A stretch of 64,000 nucleotides of DNA from an uncultured Negativicutes bacterium (GTDB lineage: Bacteria; Bacillota; Negativicutes; JBAXTZ01), in assembly GCA_963721525.1 (NCBI GenBank), contig CAVRJL010000015.1, forward strand, positions 64,001 through 128,000, read 5' to 3'. Positions 20,396 through 31,588 of this stretch are shown here, piece by piece; the first letter of the stretch is position 1; every line of letters starts with the position of its first letter. A program made the translations under genes and the position numbers. The notes under the pieces were generated by a model. It saw only the letters and a program-made list of their open reading frames with translations, made no database searches and was not told where the DNA came from.

Positions 20396-23300
20396 TTAAG
20401 TCCGTTTAAATATTTTATATAACTCATTTAAAGAATATTTTAAAACTATCGGTCTCCCATGAGGGCAAACAAAAAATTTACTTTTTGTTAACATATCATC
20501 TGTTATTTTATACATTTCTAAATTTGTTAATCTATCCCCAGCTCTTACCGAAGCATGACATGCAGCTGTTCGTAAAAATTCTCTTCTTAATTGTCCACTA
20601 TTAATTTTAACATTTGTTTGTATTAAACAAAGTAATTTTAAAAACACTTCTAAAGCAATTTTATTATTCAAATCACTCGGTATTTCCATAATGCGTAAGC
20701 TATCAGGAGAATATAACTCTATGGAATAACCTAATTCAAAAAAATGCAATGTGTTTTCAACAGCTATTTGGCACTCTAAAACAGACAAATTAATAATTTC
20801 TTCAATTAATAATTTTTGAGCTGGTATTCTTTGCTCATCTATATTTAATTTATCGAAAATCACTCTTTCTTGCGCCGCATGCTGGTCGATGATAAATAAC
20901 TCATTATTAATTTGTGCTAATATAAAGCTTTTTGCATATTGTCCTAGTATTTCTATTTCATAGTTATTTCCATTATTTTTTTCTTGTATAAGATTAATAT
21001 TTATATATTCTTTTTTTGAAATTTCTACCCACTGATTTTCTTTTTCAACCTCTAGAACTTCAGTTGTTTGCATTTGCTTAGATATTTCAGAAAGTGAAAT
21101 ATCCGTCTGATTTATATTTTTATACTGAATTGCTTCTTCTCTTACATTACTTGCTGAATTAGGATACTGAATATAGAAAAGATTATTAAATTTATTAGCG
21201 CCTGTATTTAAAGCCGCAGATATTGCTTTAAATATGGCCAAGAAAATTCGTCTTTCATCAGAAAACCTTACCTCGCTTTTTTGCGGGTGAACATTTATAT
21301 CTATCATTTGTGGATCTATATATATATTTATTACTGAAAAAACAAATCCAGTTTTAGGAAGCATAGCTTGATAAGAATTATCAAGTGCTTTATAAAGTAT
21401 ACGGTTATTTACTGATCTGCTATTTACAAAAAAATTTTGCCATTTCCTATTACTACGTACTTGCATAGGATTTCCTACATAACCGTAAATGTTTATTCTG
21501 TCTTCTGTATATTCTACGGGTAATATATTATTGACAGTCTTTTTATCATATAAAGCTGTTATAGCTACTTTTAAATCATTGTTCCCAGGTGTTACTATAA
21601 CTAATTTTTTATTGTGAATATATTTAAAAGAAATATTAGGATAAGAAAGGGCAAGCTTTGTAATAATATCACTAATATAAGAATTTTCCGTAGTGCTTAA
21701 TTTTAAGAATTTTTTTCGCGCCGGTATATTATAAAATAAATCTTTAACAATTATAGTCGTTCCCATCGCACTACCAGTTTCAGATACGTTTTCTATAGTA
21801 CCACCACAACATATACTGGACGTAGCAAACTGAACATCTTTTTGTCTTGTTACTAAAGTAAACTTGGATATTGCAGATATGCTTGATAATGCTTCTCCTC
21901 GAAACCCCATTGAAGATATTTTTGTTAAATCTTTAATATTTGTTATTTTACTTGTAGCATGTTTTTGTAAACATAATTTGGCGTCTGCATTATTCATACC
22001 TATACCATTATCAATAACGCTTATTAATGAAATTCCTCCATTTTCTGCTTCTATTTCGATAATCGTACTTTGAGCATCAATTGAATTTTCGACTAATTCT
22101 TTTACTATAGATGCCGGCCTATCAATAACTTCTCCTGCGGCAATTTTATCAATAGTTTGTTTATCAAGTAACTTTATTGTATTTTTTTTTCTGACATTTT
22201 CCTGCTCTTTTTTAGCCTGTTTGTGTAAATTAAATAAAATATTAAGAGCTTCCACAGGCGTAATAGATATTATGTCAAGTTCTGTTAATTGTTTTATTGT
22301 TTCGGACTCAACGAATAACTGATTCCCGTTAACATTAGAATTTATTGATTTTGTACTTTTATAAATACGTAACCCATTTTTTTCTTCAAGTTCTATCAAA
22401 TTTTTCTGAGCACTATTAATAATTTTTCGCGGTAATCCTGCTATAGACGCCACATGTACGCCATAGCTTTTATCTGTTTTTCCTTGTATTATTCGCCTTA
22501 AAAAGACTATATTTTCTCCTTGTTCTTTTACAGCTACAAAATAATTTTTTATCCCATACACAACATCTGCTAATGATGTCAATTCGTGATAATGAGTAGC
22601 AAATAACGTTTTAGCACATATTTTTTCTTTAATATATTCTAATACCGCTTTTGCTATGCTCATTCCATCATAAGTGCTTGTTCCTCTACCTATTTCGTCT
22701 AATATAATCAAACTTTTCGATGTAGAATTTTTTACAATATAGGAAACTTCGTTCATTTCCATCATAAAAGTGCTTTGTCCAGTAGATAAATCATCTCTTG
22801 CTCCAATGCGGGTAAAGATTTTATCTACCATACCTATGGATGATTCATATGCAGGTATAAAACTGCCACAATGAGCCATGAGAGTGAGAATAGCTATCTG
22901 TCTCATATAAGTTGACTTTCCTGCCATATTTGGTCCAGTAATAATAATAACTTCATTTTCATTATTATCCAAATAGCAATCATTAGGCACAAATCTTCCA
23001 TTTAAGCATACACTTTCTATAACAGGGTGTCTTCCATCTTTTATAATTATTTCTTTATCTATCGTTATTTTCGGACGAGTATAATTATATTTGAGCGCCG
23101 CTTCACTCAATGAATATAAACAATCAATTATAGCTATTTGACGGGCTGTTTCCTGTATTAAAACTAAATTTTCTTTTATGAGAGCTCGTATTTGTTCAAA
23201 GATATATAATTCAATTTCACATATTCTTTCAAATGAACTAAGTATTTTTGTCTCAAATTCTTTAAGTTGTTGAGTTATATATCTTTCCGCATTAACAAGA

Positions 23301-24778
23301 GTTTGCCTGCGCGTATAATGAGTAGGAACAAAAACCGAATTTGCATGAGTTACTTCTATGTAATAACCAAATATTTTATTGTAACCTATCTTAAGTGATT
23401 TTATACCTGTTATTTCTCGTTCGCTTTTTTCCATTTCTTGTAGCATTTTTTTACTATCTTGAGAAATCATTCTAAATTCATCTAATTGACTATTATAACT
23501 ACCACGAATAAAGCCACCATCTTTTATTGAAATAGGCGGTTGATCGACAATAGCTTTATTTATCAATTTGTAAAGATCCGTATGCGAATTTGCTTTTTCA
23601 GAAAAATTCGCCAATAATTTTGCTCTACTACCTTTAAAAATGTTTTTAAGTTTTGGTATTATTTTTAACGATCGTGAAAGAGCAACTAAATCACGTGCGT
23701 TAGCACTATTTATTTCGATTTTTGTTAATATTCTTTCCAAATCATAAATTTGTGTTAAACACTCATTAATAGCTCGTATTGTATAAGGATCATTTTTTAA
23801 AATTGCTATAACGTCTTGTCTTTCTTTAATCTTTATCGGATTTTGCAAGGGTTGTTCTAACCACTTTTTTAGCAATCTTCCACCCATTGCGGTACAAGTA
23901 AAATCTAAAACGGAAAATAAAGAATTTTTTTTAGTTCCGTCTTTCATATTTTTTATAATTTCTAAATTTCTAAGACTACTGGCGTCAATAGCCAATATAT
24001 TCTCGAAAAAATCTTCCTGCAAAAAATTAATATGTCTTAAATCGCTTTTTTGAGTATATTCCAAATACTTAAGTAACATCCCGCAGGCCAAAGCTGCATT
24101 TTTATCTGTAGGAATTTTATCTTTAAAATGTTTAGCCACAAGCTGAAGAGCTTCGTTATAATCTTCACAATTATATACGCTTGCCAGCGTGTCTGTCATT
24201 TTAGTTTTCATAAATTCTTTTAATTGACTCAATTTATGCATTTCCCCGTTATAAAGTAGCTCTGAAGGTTGAATTTTCAATAAATAGTCTTCTACTTCAT
24301 TTTGTTCTATATGTAATTGTATCCAAGAAAATTCTCCTGTAGAAATATCGCAAGAGCAAATATAAATTTTATTGTTTTTTTCATAAAGTAAACAAATATA
24401 ATTATTACTTTTTTCATTTAATACGCTATCTAATAAAATAGTTCCTGGTGTAACTATTTTTACCACTTGTCTAGATACTATTCCTTTTTCTTGTTTAGGA
24501 TCACTAACCTGTTCGCAAATTGCTACCTTATACCCTTTATTTATCAATTTTTTAATATAATTATCAGCCGCATGATAAGGAACACCACACATAGGCACTC
24601 GCTCATTAGAGCCTGCATCTTTACCTGTCAAAGTTATTTCAAGTTCTTTTGACGCAATATGGGCATCTTGAAAAAACATTTCGTAAAAATCTCCAAGGCG
24701 AAAAAAAACTATTTCTCCAGGATATTTTTCTTTTATTTCTAGAAATTGCCTTATCATAGGAGTAAAAGATGTGCTCAT
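20396..24778 (-). CDS. In-frame MutS-MutL fusion as sequenced (MutS about 24778-22198, MutL about 22197-20396)
   Basis: MutS: GDFYE, PMCGVP, GPNMAGKST, DEIGRGTS, ATHYHEL. MutL: IAAGEVIDRPASIVKELVENSIDA, DNGIGM, HATSKI, GFRGEAL, DQHAAQER, ACH, CPHGRP. Junction lies on the T9 run 22182-22190. Confidence 0.93.
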   Translation of the reverse strand: MSTSFTPMIRQFLEIKEKYPGEIVFFRLGDFYEMFFQDAHIASKELEITLTGKDAGSNERVPMCGVPYHAADNYIKKLINKGYKVAICEQVSDPKQEKGIVSRQVVKIVTPGTILLDSVLNEKSNNYICLLYEKNNKIYICSCDISTGEFSWIQLHIEQNEVEDYLLKIQPSELLYNGEMHKLSQLKEFMKTKMTDTLASVYNCEDYNEALQLVAKHFKDKIPTDKNAALACGMLLKYLEYTQKSDLRHINFLQEDFFENILAIDASSLRNLEIIKNMKDGTKKNSLFSVLDFTCTAMGGRLLKKWLEQPLQNPIKIKERQDVIAILKNDPYTIRAINECLTQIYDLERILTKIEINSANARDLVALSRSLKIIPKLKNIFKGSRAKLLANFSEKANSHTDLYKLINKAIVDQPPISIKDGGFIRGSYNSQLDEFRMISQDSKKMLQEMEKSEREITGIKSLKIGYNKIFGYYIEVTHANSVFVPTHYTRRQTLVNAERYITQQLKEFETKILSSFERICEIELYIFEQIRALIKENLVLIQETARQIAIIDCLYSLSEAALKYNYTRPKITIDKEIIIKDGRHPVIESVCLNGRFVPNDCYLDNNENEVIIITGPNMAGKSTYMRQIAILTLMAHCGSFIPAYESSIGMVDKIFTRIGARDDLSTGQSTFMMEMNEVSYIVKNSTSKSLIILDEIGRGTSTYDGMSIAKAVLEYIKEKICAKTLFATHYHELTSLADVVYGIKNYFVAVKEQGENIVFLRRIIQGKTDKSYGVHVASIAGLPRKIINSAQKNLIELEEKNGLRIYKSTKSINSNVNGNQLFVESETIKQLTELDIISITPVEALNILFNLHKQAKKEQENVRKKNTIKLLDKQTIDKIAAGEVIDRPASIVKELVENSIDAQSTIIEIEAENGGISLISVIDNGIGMNNADAKLCLQKHATSKITNIKDLTKISSMGFRGEALSSISAISKFTLVTRQKDVQFATSSICCGGTIENVSETGSAMGTTIIVKDLFYNIPARKKFLKLSTTENSYISDIITKLALSYPNISFKYIHNKKLVIVTPGNNDLKVAITALYDKKTVNNILPVEYTEDRINIYGYVGNPMQVRSNRKWQNFFVNSRSVNNRILYKALDNSYQAMLPKTGFVFSVINIYIDPQMIDINVHPQKSEVRFSDERRIFLAIFKAISAALNTGANKFNNLFYIQYPNSASNVREEAIQYKNINQTDISLSEISKQMQTTEVLEVEKENQWVEISKKEYININLIQEKNNGNNYEIEILGQYAKSFILAQINNELFIIDQHAAQERVIFDKLNIDEQRIPAQKLLIEEIINLSVLECQIAVENTLHFFELGYSIELYSPDSLRIMEIPSDLNNKIALEVFLKLLCLIQTNVKINSGQLRREFLRTAACHASVRAGDRLTNLEMYKITDDMLTKSKFFVCPHGRPIVLKYSLNELYKIFKRT

Positions 24779-24846
24779 AATTATCCTTAAATATTATATG
24801 ATGATATCATAATCAAAATTATAAAGAGATTTACTTTTCTACAGCC

Positions 24847-26168
24847 TTAGTATAATATGCTGTTTAATTTACCCCGAAGCAGCCATGTTTGAGCCGAATT
24901 TATAGTAATTTGAGCTATATCTCCTTTTTTTTCGCGTCCGCTGTATTCCCAAAGGACTATTTTATTACCTTTCGTTCTGCCTATCCAAATATTTTTATTT
25001 TTTTTACTTTCTCCTTCAATTAAGACTTCAACAATTTTTCCTGTATAAGTTTTATTGATAGAAAAACTTATACTATTTTGTATACTTATAAGTTTTTTTA
25101 ACCTTCTTTTTTTCTCAAATAAAGGAACTTGCTTTTTCATATTACTTGCAAGTGTTCCACACCTAGGTGAATACATAAATCCATATACTATATCATATTT
25201 TACTGTCCGCAAAATATCTAAAGTATCGTTAAACATTTCGGCAGTTTCACCGGGAAAACCTACTATAATATCTGTACTAATACTATAATCAGGTATTTGA
25301 GCTTTAATTCTTTTTATTAACTCAAGGTAATCTTTACACGTATAACCTCTGTTCATTGACCTAAGTATTTCGTCATTTCCAGCTTGCAATGGTAAATGAA
25401 AATTAGGCATTATCTTATTACTTGTTTTAACCGCTTCTATAATCTCATTATTCATATCTCGCGGGTGAGAAGTTATATACCTGATTCTTTTTAACCCCTC
25501 TATTTTATCAATTTCTTTAAGAAGCTGAACAAATGTGAAGTCTTGATCTAGAGCTTTGCCGTAAGAATTCACATTTTGACCTAAAAGCATAACTTCTCTG
25601 TATCCTGATAGTACTACTTCTTTTACTTCTTCAATTATATCTTGCGCTTTTCTACTTGTTTCGCGACCTCGTACATAAGGTATATACAATATGAACAATA
25701 ATTATCGCATCCATGCATTATAGGTATATAGGCTGTAGTTCCTAATCCCCTAAATATACGCCTATTTGTACTAAACCGCTTAATAGTGTTATTTGTCGCG
25801 TTTACTTTTATCTTGCTATTTCTGAATTTTTTAATATTTTCGGCTAAATACTCAATATTTTGCGTTCCTAAAACAATATCTATATGTGAATATTTTTTAT
25901 AAATTTCATCCGCATTTTTTTGTGCCATACAACCGGCAACTATTATAATTAAATTAGGATTTTTGTTTTTATAATTTTTTAATTCACCTATTTTCCCGAA
26001 TATTTTTTTTTCAGTGCTTTCTCTTATACAACAGGTATTTACCACGAAACAATCAGCTTTATCTATATCCTTCACTTGTCTATATCCTAAATCGTATAAT
26101 TGTCCAGCTATTATTTCAGAATCATTTATATTCATTTGACAACCGTATGTTTGAATATAATATTTCAT
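24847..26168 (-). pseudogene. miaB: tRNA methylthiotransferase MiaB, split by a 1-nt frameshift
   Basis: TYGCQMN, NTCCIRE, CDNYCSYC, then TGT ATA TA CCT TAT GTA CGA GGT (one base short of CIxPYVRG) at about 25681-25685; downstream LLGQNVNSYG, TSHPRD, DIIVGFPGET and TRAM domain. Confidence 0.9.
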
Positions 26169-27832
26169 TAAATCTCCATAATAATAGGTAATATTACCGG
26201 TTTACGTCTAACTTTTTCATACAAAAATCGACTTAAATTTTCTCTTAAAGAGTTTTTTAAAGTAGCCCAATCAATTACTTTTTTAGATAATTGCTTTTCT
26301 AGGATACATATACAACGTTTTTTAGACTCTCTCATTAATGTATCCGATTCGCGCACATAAACAAACCCACGCGAAATAATATCAGGACCTGATATTATTT
26401 CATAAGATGAAGAATCTATTGTAGCTACTACCATTAAAATACCATCTTGAGATAATTGTTTACGATCGCGCAATACTATATTCCCTACATCACCCACTCC
26501 AAGTCCATCAATTAACATTTTACCTGCCTGAACTTTTCCTTTTGTATTTATTCTATTTTTTTTTAAATCTATAACTGTTCCGTTTTGAGCTATTACGATA
26601 TTTTCTTTAGGTATACCTACCTCATGAGCTAGTTTAGCATGTTTTTTTAAATGTCGTACTTCTCCATGAATAGGAATGAAAAATTTAGGACGAACAAGAT
26701 TTAACATTAACTTGAGTTCTTCTTGGCTTGCATGTCCTGAAACGTGTATCCCTAAATCACTTTCATATATAACCTCTGCACCTTGACTTATTAAAGAATC
26801 AATAGTCTTAGCTACTGATTTTTCGTTTCCGGGTATAGGCGTAGCTGAGACCAAAACAGTATCTGTAGGAAGAATTTCTACTTGCTTATGTCCATTGCTT
26901 GCCATGCGTGAAAGTGCAGACATCGGTTCTCCTTGGCTCCCTGTAGTAATTATAGCAAGTTTAGAACCTACATAATTTTTTATCTCATCCAAATCAATTA
27001 ATATAGTTGGGACAAAGGTTAAATACCCTAATTCAGAAGCAATATTAACCAAATTTACCATACTTCTTCCGCATATTGCTACTTTTCTACCATATTTTAC
27101 TGCACTATCAATTGCTTGCTGTATTCTATGGGTATTGGAAGAAAATGTAGCTATTATGATTCTATCTGTTGCAGAAGCAAACACACGCTCAAAAGTTATT
27201 CCTGTCTACTGCTTTTTTCACTTGGTGTAAATCCTGGCTTTTCAGCTCCCGTACTATCTGAAAGCAAAGCTAAAACGCCTTTCTCCCCAAGAGAGGCCAG
27301 TCGATAAAAATCCGTTACCCGTCCGTCTACAGGCGTTTGGTCTATTTTAAAATCTCCCGTATAAACTATTGCTCCATAAGGAGTATGTATCACAATTGAC
27401 ATGGCATCCGGAATACTATGATTCATATGAATAAATTCTAACCTAAAATTCCCTACATTTATTTTTTGTCTTGCTTCAATATTAACTAAAATATTATTTT
27501 TTATACCAGCTTCTTTTAGTTTATTATTTATTATACCACAAGCCAGTTTGCTGCCAAATATAGGTACATCAGGTATTTCTTTTAATACATATGGTATAGC
27601 ACCAATATGATCTTCATGTGGATGAGTAATCGCAATCCCTTTAACTTTATCTTTGTTTTCAATTAGATATGACATATCAGGGATCACAAAATCTATTCCT
27701 AACATATCATCTTCCGGAAATCTTAACCCAGCATCAACAATAAGCATTTCATACTCTGAAATGAACTATTGTCATATTTTTACCTATTTCTCCTAATCCC
27801 CCTAACGGGATTATTTGTAATTTATCTGTCAA
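26168..27832 (-). pseudogene. rnj: Ribonuclease J, interrupted by two frameshifts
   Basis: TTG at 27832 with AGGAGG RBS gives MTDKLQIIPLGGLGEIGKNMT; breaks near 27750 and 27200-27215; THPHEDHIG, HSIPD, TGDFKID, GSQGEP, HVSGH, PIHGE motifs in the pieces. Confidence 0.9.
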
Positions 27833-27959
27833 AGTACCTCCTTTTATTTGAGTAAAACAAAACTAAGTATCAATTTAATTGATACCTTCCTAAAAAATTT
27901 AACGCTTTAACCAGCCTAACAAAACAACACCTAGACCCCGCACAAAACACTTCCTGTTT

Positions 27960-27988
27960 ATTATAGATTATTTTTAAAAATTATTCAA
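27960..27988 (-). promoter_or_regulatory. Putative sigmaA promoter of rnj
   Basis: TTGAAT-N17-TATAAT on the minus strand, about 125 nt upstream of the rnj start. Confidence 0.5.
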
Positions 27989-28187
27989 TACTTTTCATTT
28001 GTTTATAAATTTAAGAAGTTTATAACATTTAATGCATAAATTTAGTAAAAACCTTTCTCTCAATTTTTAACTATGTTTTTAAAAAATAAAGTTAATTGAA
28101 AATTACTTGCCCCTAAAATAAAGATATCCTTACTGTAAAATGTAGACGGAAACATTTTTATATAATCGAATATCTTGTATTAACTTC

Positions 28188-29684
28188 TTAATTATTAGAT
28201 TGTTGTATCATAAAATTAATTAAAATACGCGTACCAAATCCTGTTGCTCCAGCATCTATCCAAGATTTCGGCGTTTCTATATTATTAGTACCAGCAATAT
28301 CAATATGCGCCCAGCTAGTATTTCCAACAAAATTTTCTAGAAACTTGGCAGCAGTAATTGTACCTGCACCTAAATCCATAGATATATTTTTTATGTCTGC
28401 TACATGACTTTTTAATGTTTCATTGTAATCTTCATACATAGGAAGTTTCCATAGCCGTTCATTGCATTCATTTCCTACGGCAAATAGTTTATTTGATAGA
28501 TCTTCGTTATTAGACATCAAACCAGCAACATTTTTCCCCAGCGCCGTAATTACCGCTCCAGTTAAAGATGCAATATCAATAATAACGTTTGCTCCTAAAT
28601 CTTTAGCGTAACATAAACCATCTGCAAGTATGATTCTACCTTCCGCATCAGTATTTACTACTTCTATTGTTTTTCCGTTCATTGCAGTTAGTATATCCCC
28701 GACTTTATAGGAATACCCGCCAGGCATATTTTCAACCAACGGCATTATTGCAACAACATTAATATTTAATTTCATTTTTGCTACAGCATTGATTGCTGCA
28801 AGGCAGATTGCTGCTCCTACCATATCCATATGCATTTGTCTCATAAAGTGAGAACCTTTTATACATAATCCACCAGAATCAAATATGACGCCTTTACCCA
28901 CTAATGCAAGTAAATCTGTTTTATTTTTAGGATCTCCTTTATAAATTGCAACAACCATACAAGGATCATGTTTACTTCCTTTTCCTACTGCAAGTATTCC
29001 GCCGGCATTCATTTTTTCTAATCCTTTATTATCAAAAACATCTATATCTAAACCATTTTTTATAGACTCTTTTTGAGCTATTTCAACAAACCTTTGAATA
29101 TCTAAATAATTTGCTGGCATATTAGTAAGATTTCGTGCAAATGATAAAGCTTTTGCCTCGATGCAATATTTTTGGATTATATTATCGATACTCTTATTAT
29201 TTTTGTCACTATCTAAAATAATAAGCAACTTTTGAACCTTATTTTCTTTTTCAGTTTTAAATTGTTGATAAAAATATTGTCCGATATAAGCTCCGCTTAT
29301 TATTGCTTGTAAAAAAAACTCTATAGAATAGTTTTTTTGGCATTCTTTATTTATTAAAATTGCAACTGTTTTTGCTCTATTTTTAACTGCATAACGCAAT
29401 GCAGTTGACGTGGCTTTTTGTAATTTATAATTAGTAAATTCGTTGAATTTGCCAAGCCCAACAAATAAAATTTTTACAGCTTTTATCTTATCAAAAGTAA
29501 ATATTTCCGTTGTTTTACCTAATTCGCCAATTTGTGTATTTTTATAAATAAAAATTTTTATATTGTTCCAAAAATCATCCGTTAGTCTATCAATTTCATT
29601 CAAATATTTATCACTAAATAAATTTACGATTAATATATCGCACTTAATATTAAAAATTTCTTCTTTTGTTAACTCTAATTTCAT
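28188..29684 (-). CDS. pepA: Leucyl aminopeptidase (M17)
   Basis: GKGVIFDSGG, DMVGAA, NTDAEGR, WAHIDIAG. Confidence 0.93.
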   Translation of the reverse strand: MKLELTKEEIFNIKCDILIVNLFSDKYLNEIDRLTDDFWNNIKIFIYKNTQIGELGKTTEIFTFDKIKAVKILFVGLGKFNEFTNYKLQKATSTALRYAVKNRAKTVAILINKECQKNYSIEFFLQAIISGAYIGQYFYQQFKTEKENKVQKLLIILDSDKNNKSIDNIIQKYCIEAKALSFARNLTNMPANYLDIQRFVEIAQKESIKNGLDIDVFDNKGLEKMNAGGILAVGKGSKHDPCMVVAIYKGDPKNKTDLLALVGKGVIFDSGGLCIKGSHFMRQMHMDMVGAAICLAAINAVAKMKLNINVVAIMPLVENMPGGYSYKVGDILTAMNGKTIEVVNTDAEGRIILADGLCYAKDLGANVIIDIASLTGAVITALGKNVAGLMSNNEDLSNKLFAVGNECNERLWKLPMYEDYNETLKSHVADIKNISMDLGAGTITAAKFLENFVGNTSWAHIDIAGTNNIETPKSWIDAGATGFGTRILINFMIQQSNN

Positions 29685-30154
29685 AAATTATCCTTTTTAT
29701 AATTCGAAAAAATAACAGTAGCTTTTCCATCAATAGCTTTTATGTTTCCTTCTATAAATACTGACGTGTTTATAACTAGTCTTTTTTTTTCTGAAATTAT
29801 TTCTTCGATTGTTAACCTGAATAAAGCTTCTGCCCCTACTTTAACAGGTTTTAAAAATTTAACTTCTTGCCTTAAATAAATTGTACCTTTTCCTGGGAAT
29901 TTCGTTCCTAATATTCCAGAAAATTGGCTAACAACAAGCATTCCATGGCAAATTGTTTCCTTAAATAAAGTATTTTTAGCAAATTCATCATCAAAATGAA
30001 TAGGATTATAATCTTTTGTTACGGCGCCAAAACCTGAAACAAGGTTTTTACTCATAACACGCTTTTCTTCATAAGTATCGCCAATTTGATACACTTTTTC
30101 CTCCATATATAATAAAAATTTATTAGTAAACATACTTTTCATAAAAATAATCAT
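29681..30154 (-). CDS. MaoC/PhaJ-family (R)-specific enoyl-CoA hydratase (true start possibly 30106)
   Basis: DYNPIHFD hydratase motif, ICHGML, FPGKGTIY, FLKPV. Confidence 0.88.
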   Translation of the reverse strand: MIIFMKSMFTNKFLLYMEEKVYQIGDTYEEKRVMSKNLVSGFGAVTKDYNPIHFDDEFAKNTLFKETICHGMLVVSQFSGILGTKFPGKGTIYLRQEVKFLKPVKVGAEALFRLTIEEIISEKKRLVINTSVFIEGNIKAIDGKATVIFSNYKKDNL

Positions 30155-30232
30155 TGAAATATATTTTAATTTGTCGAGAACAAATTTAAAAAAAATTTAA
30201 ACGTAAACTTTATTAATTAATCGCACTTTGAT

Positions 30233-31588
30233 TTAGACTAAATCTAAAATTCTTTGGATATGATCTATCTCTATTAATTCACATTTTATTTTTCTTTTTA
30301 ATTTTCTTATACTTATTTTAGGTAAAATTATTGTTTTAAATCCTAACATTTCGGCTTCAGTTATTCGTTCAGCAACATTAATTACTCCTCTAACTTCACC
30401 TGTAAGTCCAATTTCTCCAAAAGCTACAACATCGTTTCCTATTATAAAATCTTTGTAACTTGATAATATAGCAAGTGTTACCGCTAAATCTGCCGCTGGC
30501 TCATTAACTTTTATTCCCCCAACAGAGTTTATAAATATGTCTGTCTGTCCAAAATTAATTCCGATCCTTTTTTCCAAAATCGCGAGTAAAATTATCAACC
30601 TGTTATAGTCAAATCCTGCTACTAAACGGCGAGGCATTCCATAGTAGCTTTGAGTGGCCAAAGCCTGAATCTCTACAAGAAGTGGACGGTTCCCTTCTAT
30701 AAAAGGCGTAACAATTGCACCTGCATGAGCATTTATTCTTTCCGATAAAAGTATTGCCGACGGATTTAGTATTTCTTTTAATCCACTTTCTTCCATTGAA
30801 AAAATGCCGCACTCATTGATACTGCCAAAACGATTTTTTATAACTCGTAATAATCTTAAATTATAATTAAACTCCCCTTCAAAATATAATACAACATCTA
30901 CCATATGTTCGAGTAATTTTGGACCTGCTATTTGTCCATCTTTCGTGATATGCCCTATAATAAGAATCGCTATATTTAACTCTTTTGAGATCCTCACTAA
31001 TTTAGCAGTGCATTCTCTGATTTGAGATACGCTTCCAGGTGAACTTGTTATATCAGGATCAAATATGGTTTGAATAGAGTCTATAATCATAAACTGCGGG
31101 CTTAACTGCTGTACTTCTAATAATATTTCCGCAATATTTATAGTTGTATACAAAAACAAACCAGTACCATATTTACCAAACCTATTCACCCGCATTTTAA
31201 TTTGCGAAGCTGATTCCTCTCCTGATACATATAATATTTTCCTTTCATTCAAAGATAAACTCATAGCTACCTGCATAAGCAGAGTAGATTTTCCTACGCC
31301 TGGATCTCCACCTAATAATATTACAGAACCAGGCATAATGCCTCCGCCAAGGACTTTGTCAAATTCTTTATTACCTGTATCTAACCTCTCACTGCTATTA
31401 AAAAAAACGCTCCTTAATAGTACAGGTTTATTGTGAGTAGTAGTACTAAATTTATATTTAGTACTTTCGTTATTAATTATTTCTTCTGTAAAACAGTTCC
31501 ACCCATTGCACACTGGACACCTTCCCAACCATTTACCAGCTTGATATCCACATGAATTACAAAAAAACTGAGTTTTTTGTTTAACCAT
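30233..31588 (-). CDS. radA: DNA repair protein RadA/Sms
   Basis: C4 zinc finger, GDPGVGKST, IDSIQT, KNRFG, Lon-like C-terminus. Confidence 0.97.
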   Translation of the reverse strand: MVKQKTQFFCNSCGYQAGKWLGRCPVCNGWNCFTEEIINNESTKYKFSTTTHNKPVLLRSVFFNSSERLDTGNKEFDKVLGGGIMPGSVILLGGDPGVGKSTLLMQVAMSLSLNERKILYVSGEESASQIKMRVNRFGKYGTGLFLYTTINIAEILLEVQQLSPQFMIIDSIQTIFDPDITSSPGSVSQIRECTAKLVRISKELNIAILIIGHITKDGQIAGPKLLEHMVDVVLYFEGEFNYNLRLLRVIKNRFGSINECGIFSMEESGLKEILNPSAILLSERINAHAGAIVTPFIEGNRPLLVEIQALATQSYYGMPRRLVAGFDYNRLIILLAILEKRIGINFGQTDIFINSVGGIKVNEPAADLAVTLAILSSYKDFIIGNDVVAFGEIGLTGEVRGVINVAERITEAEMLGFKTIILPKISIRKLKRKIKCELIEIDHIQRILDLV

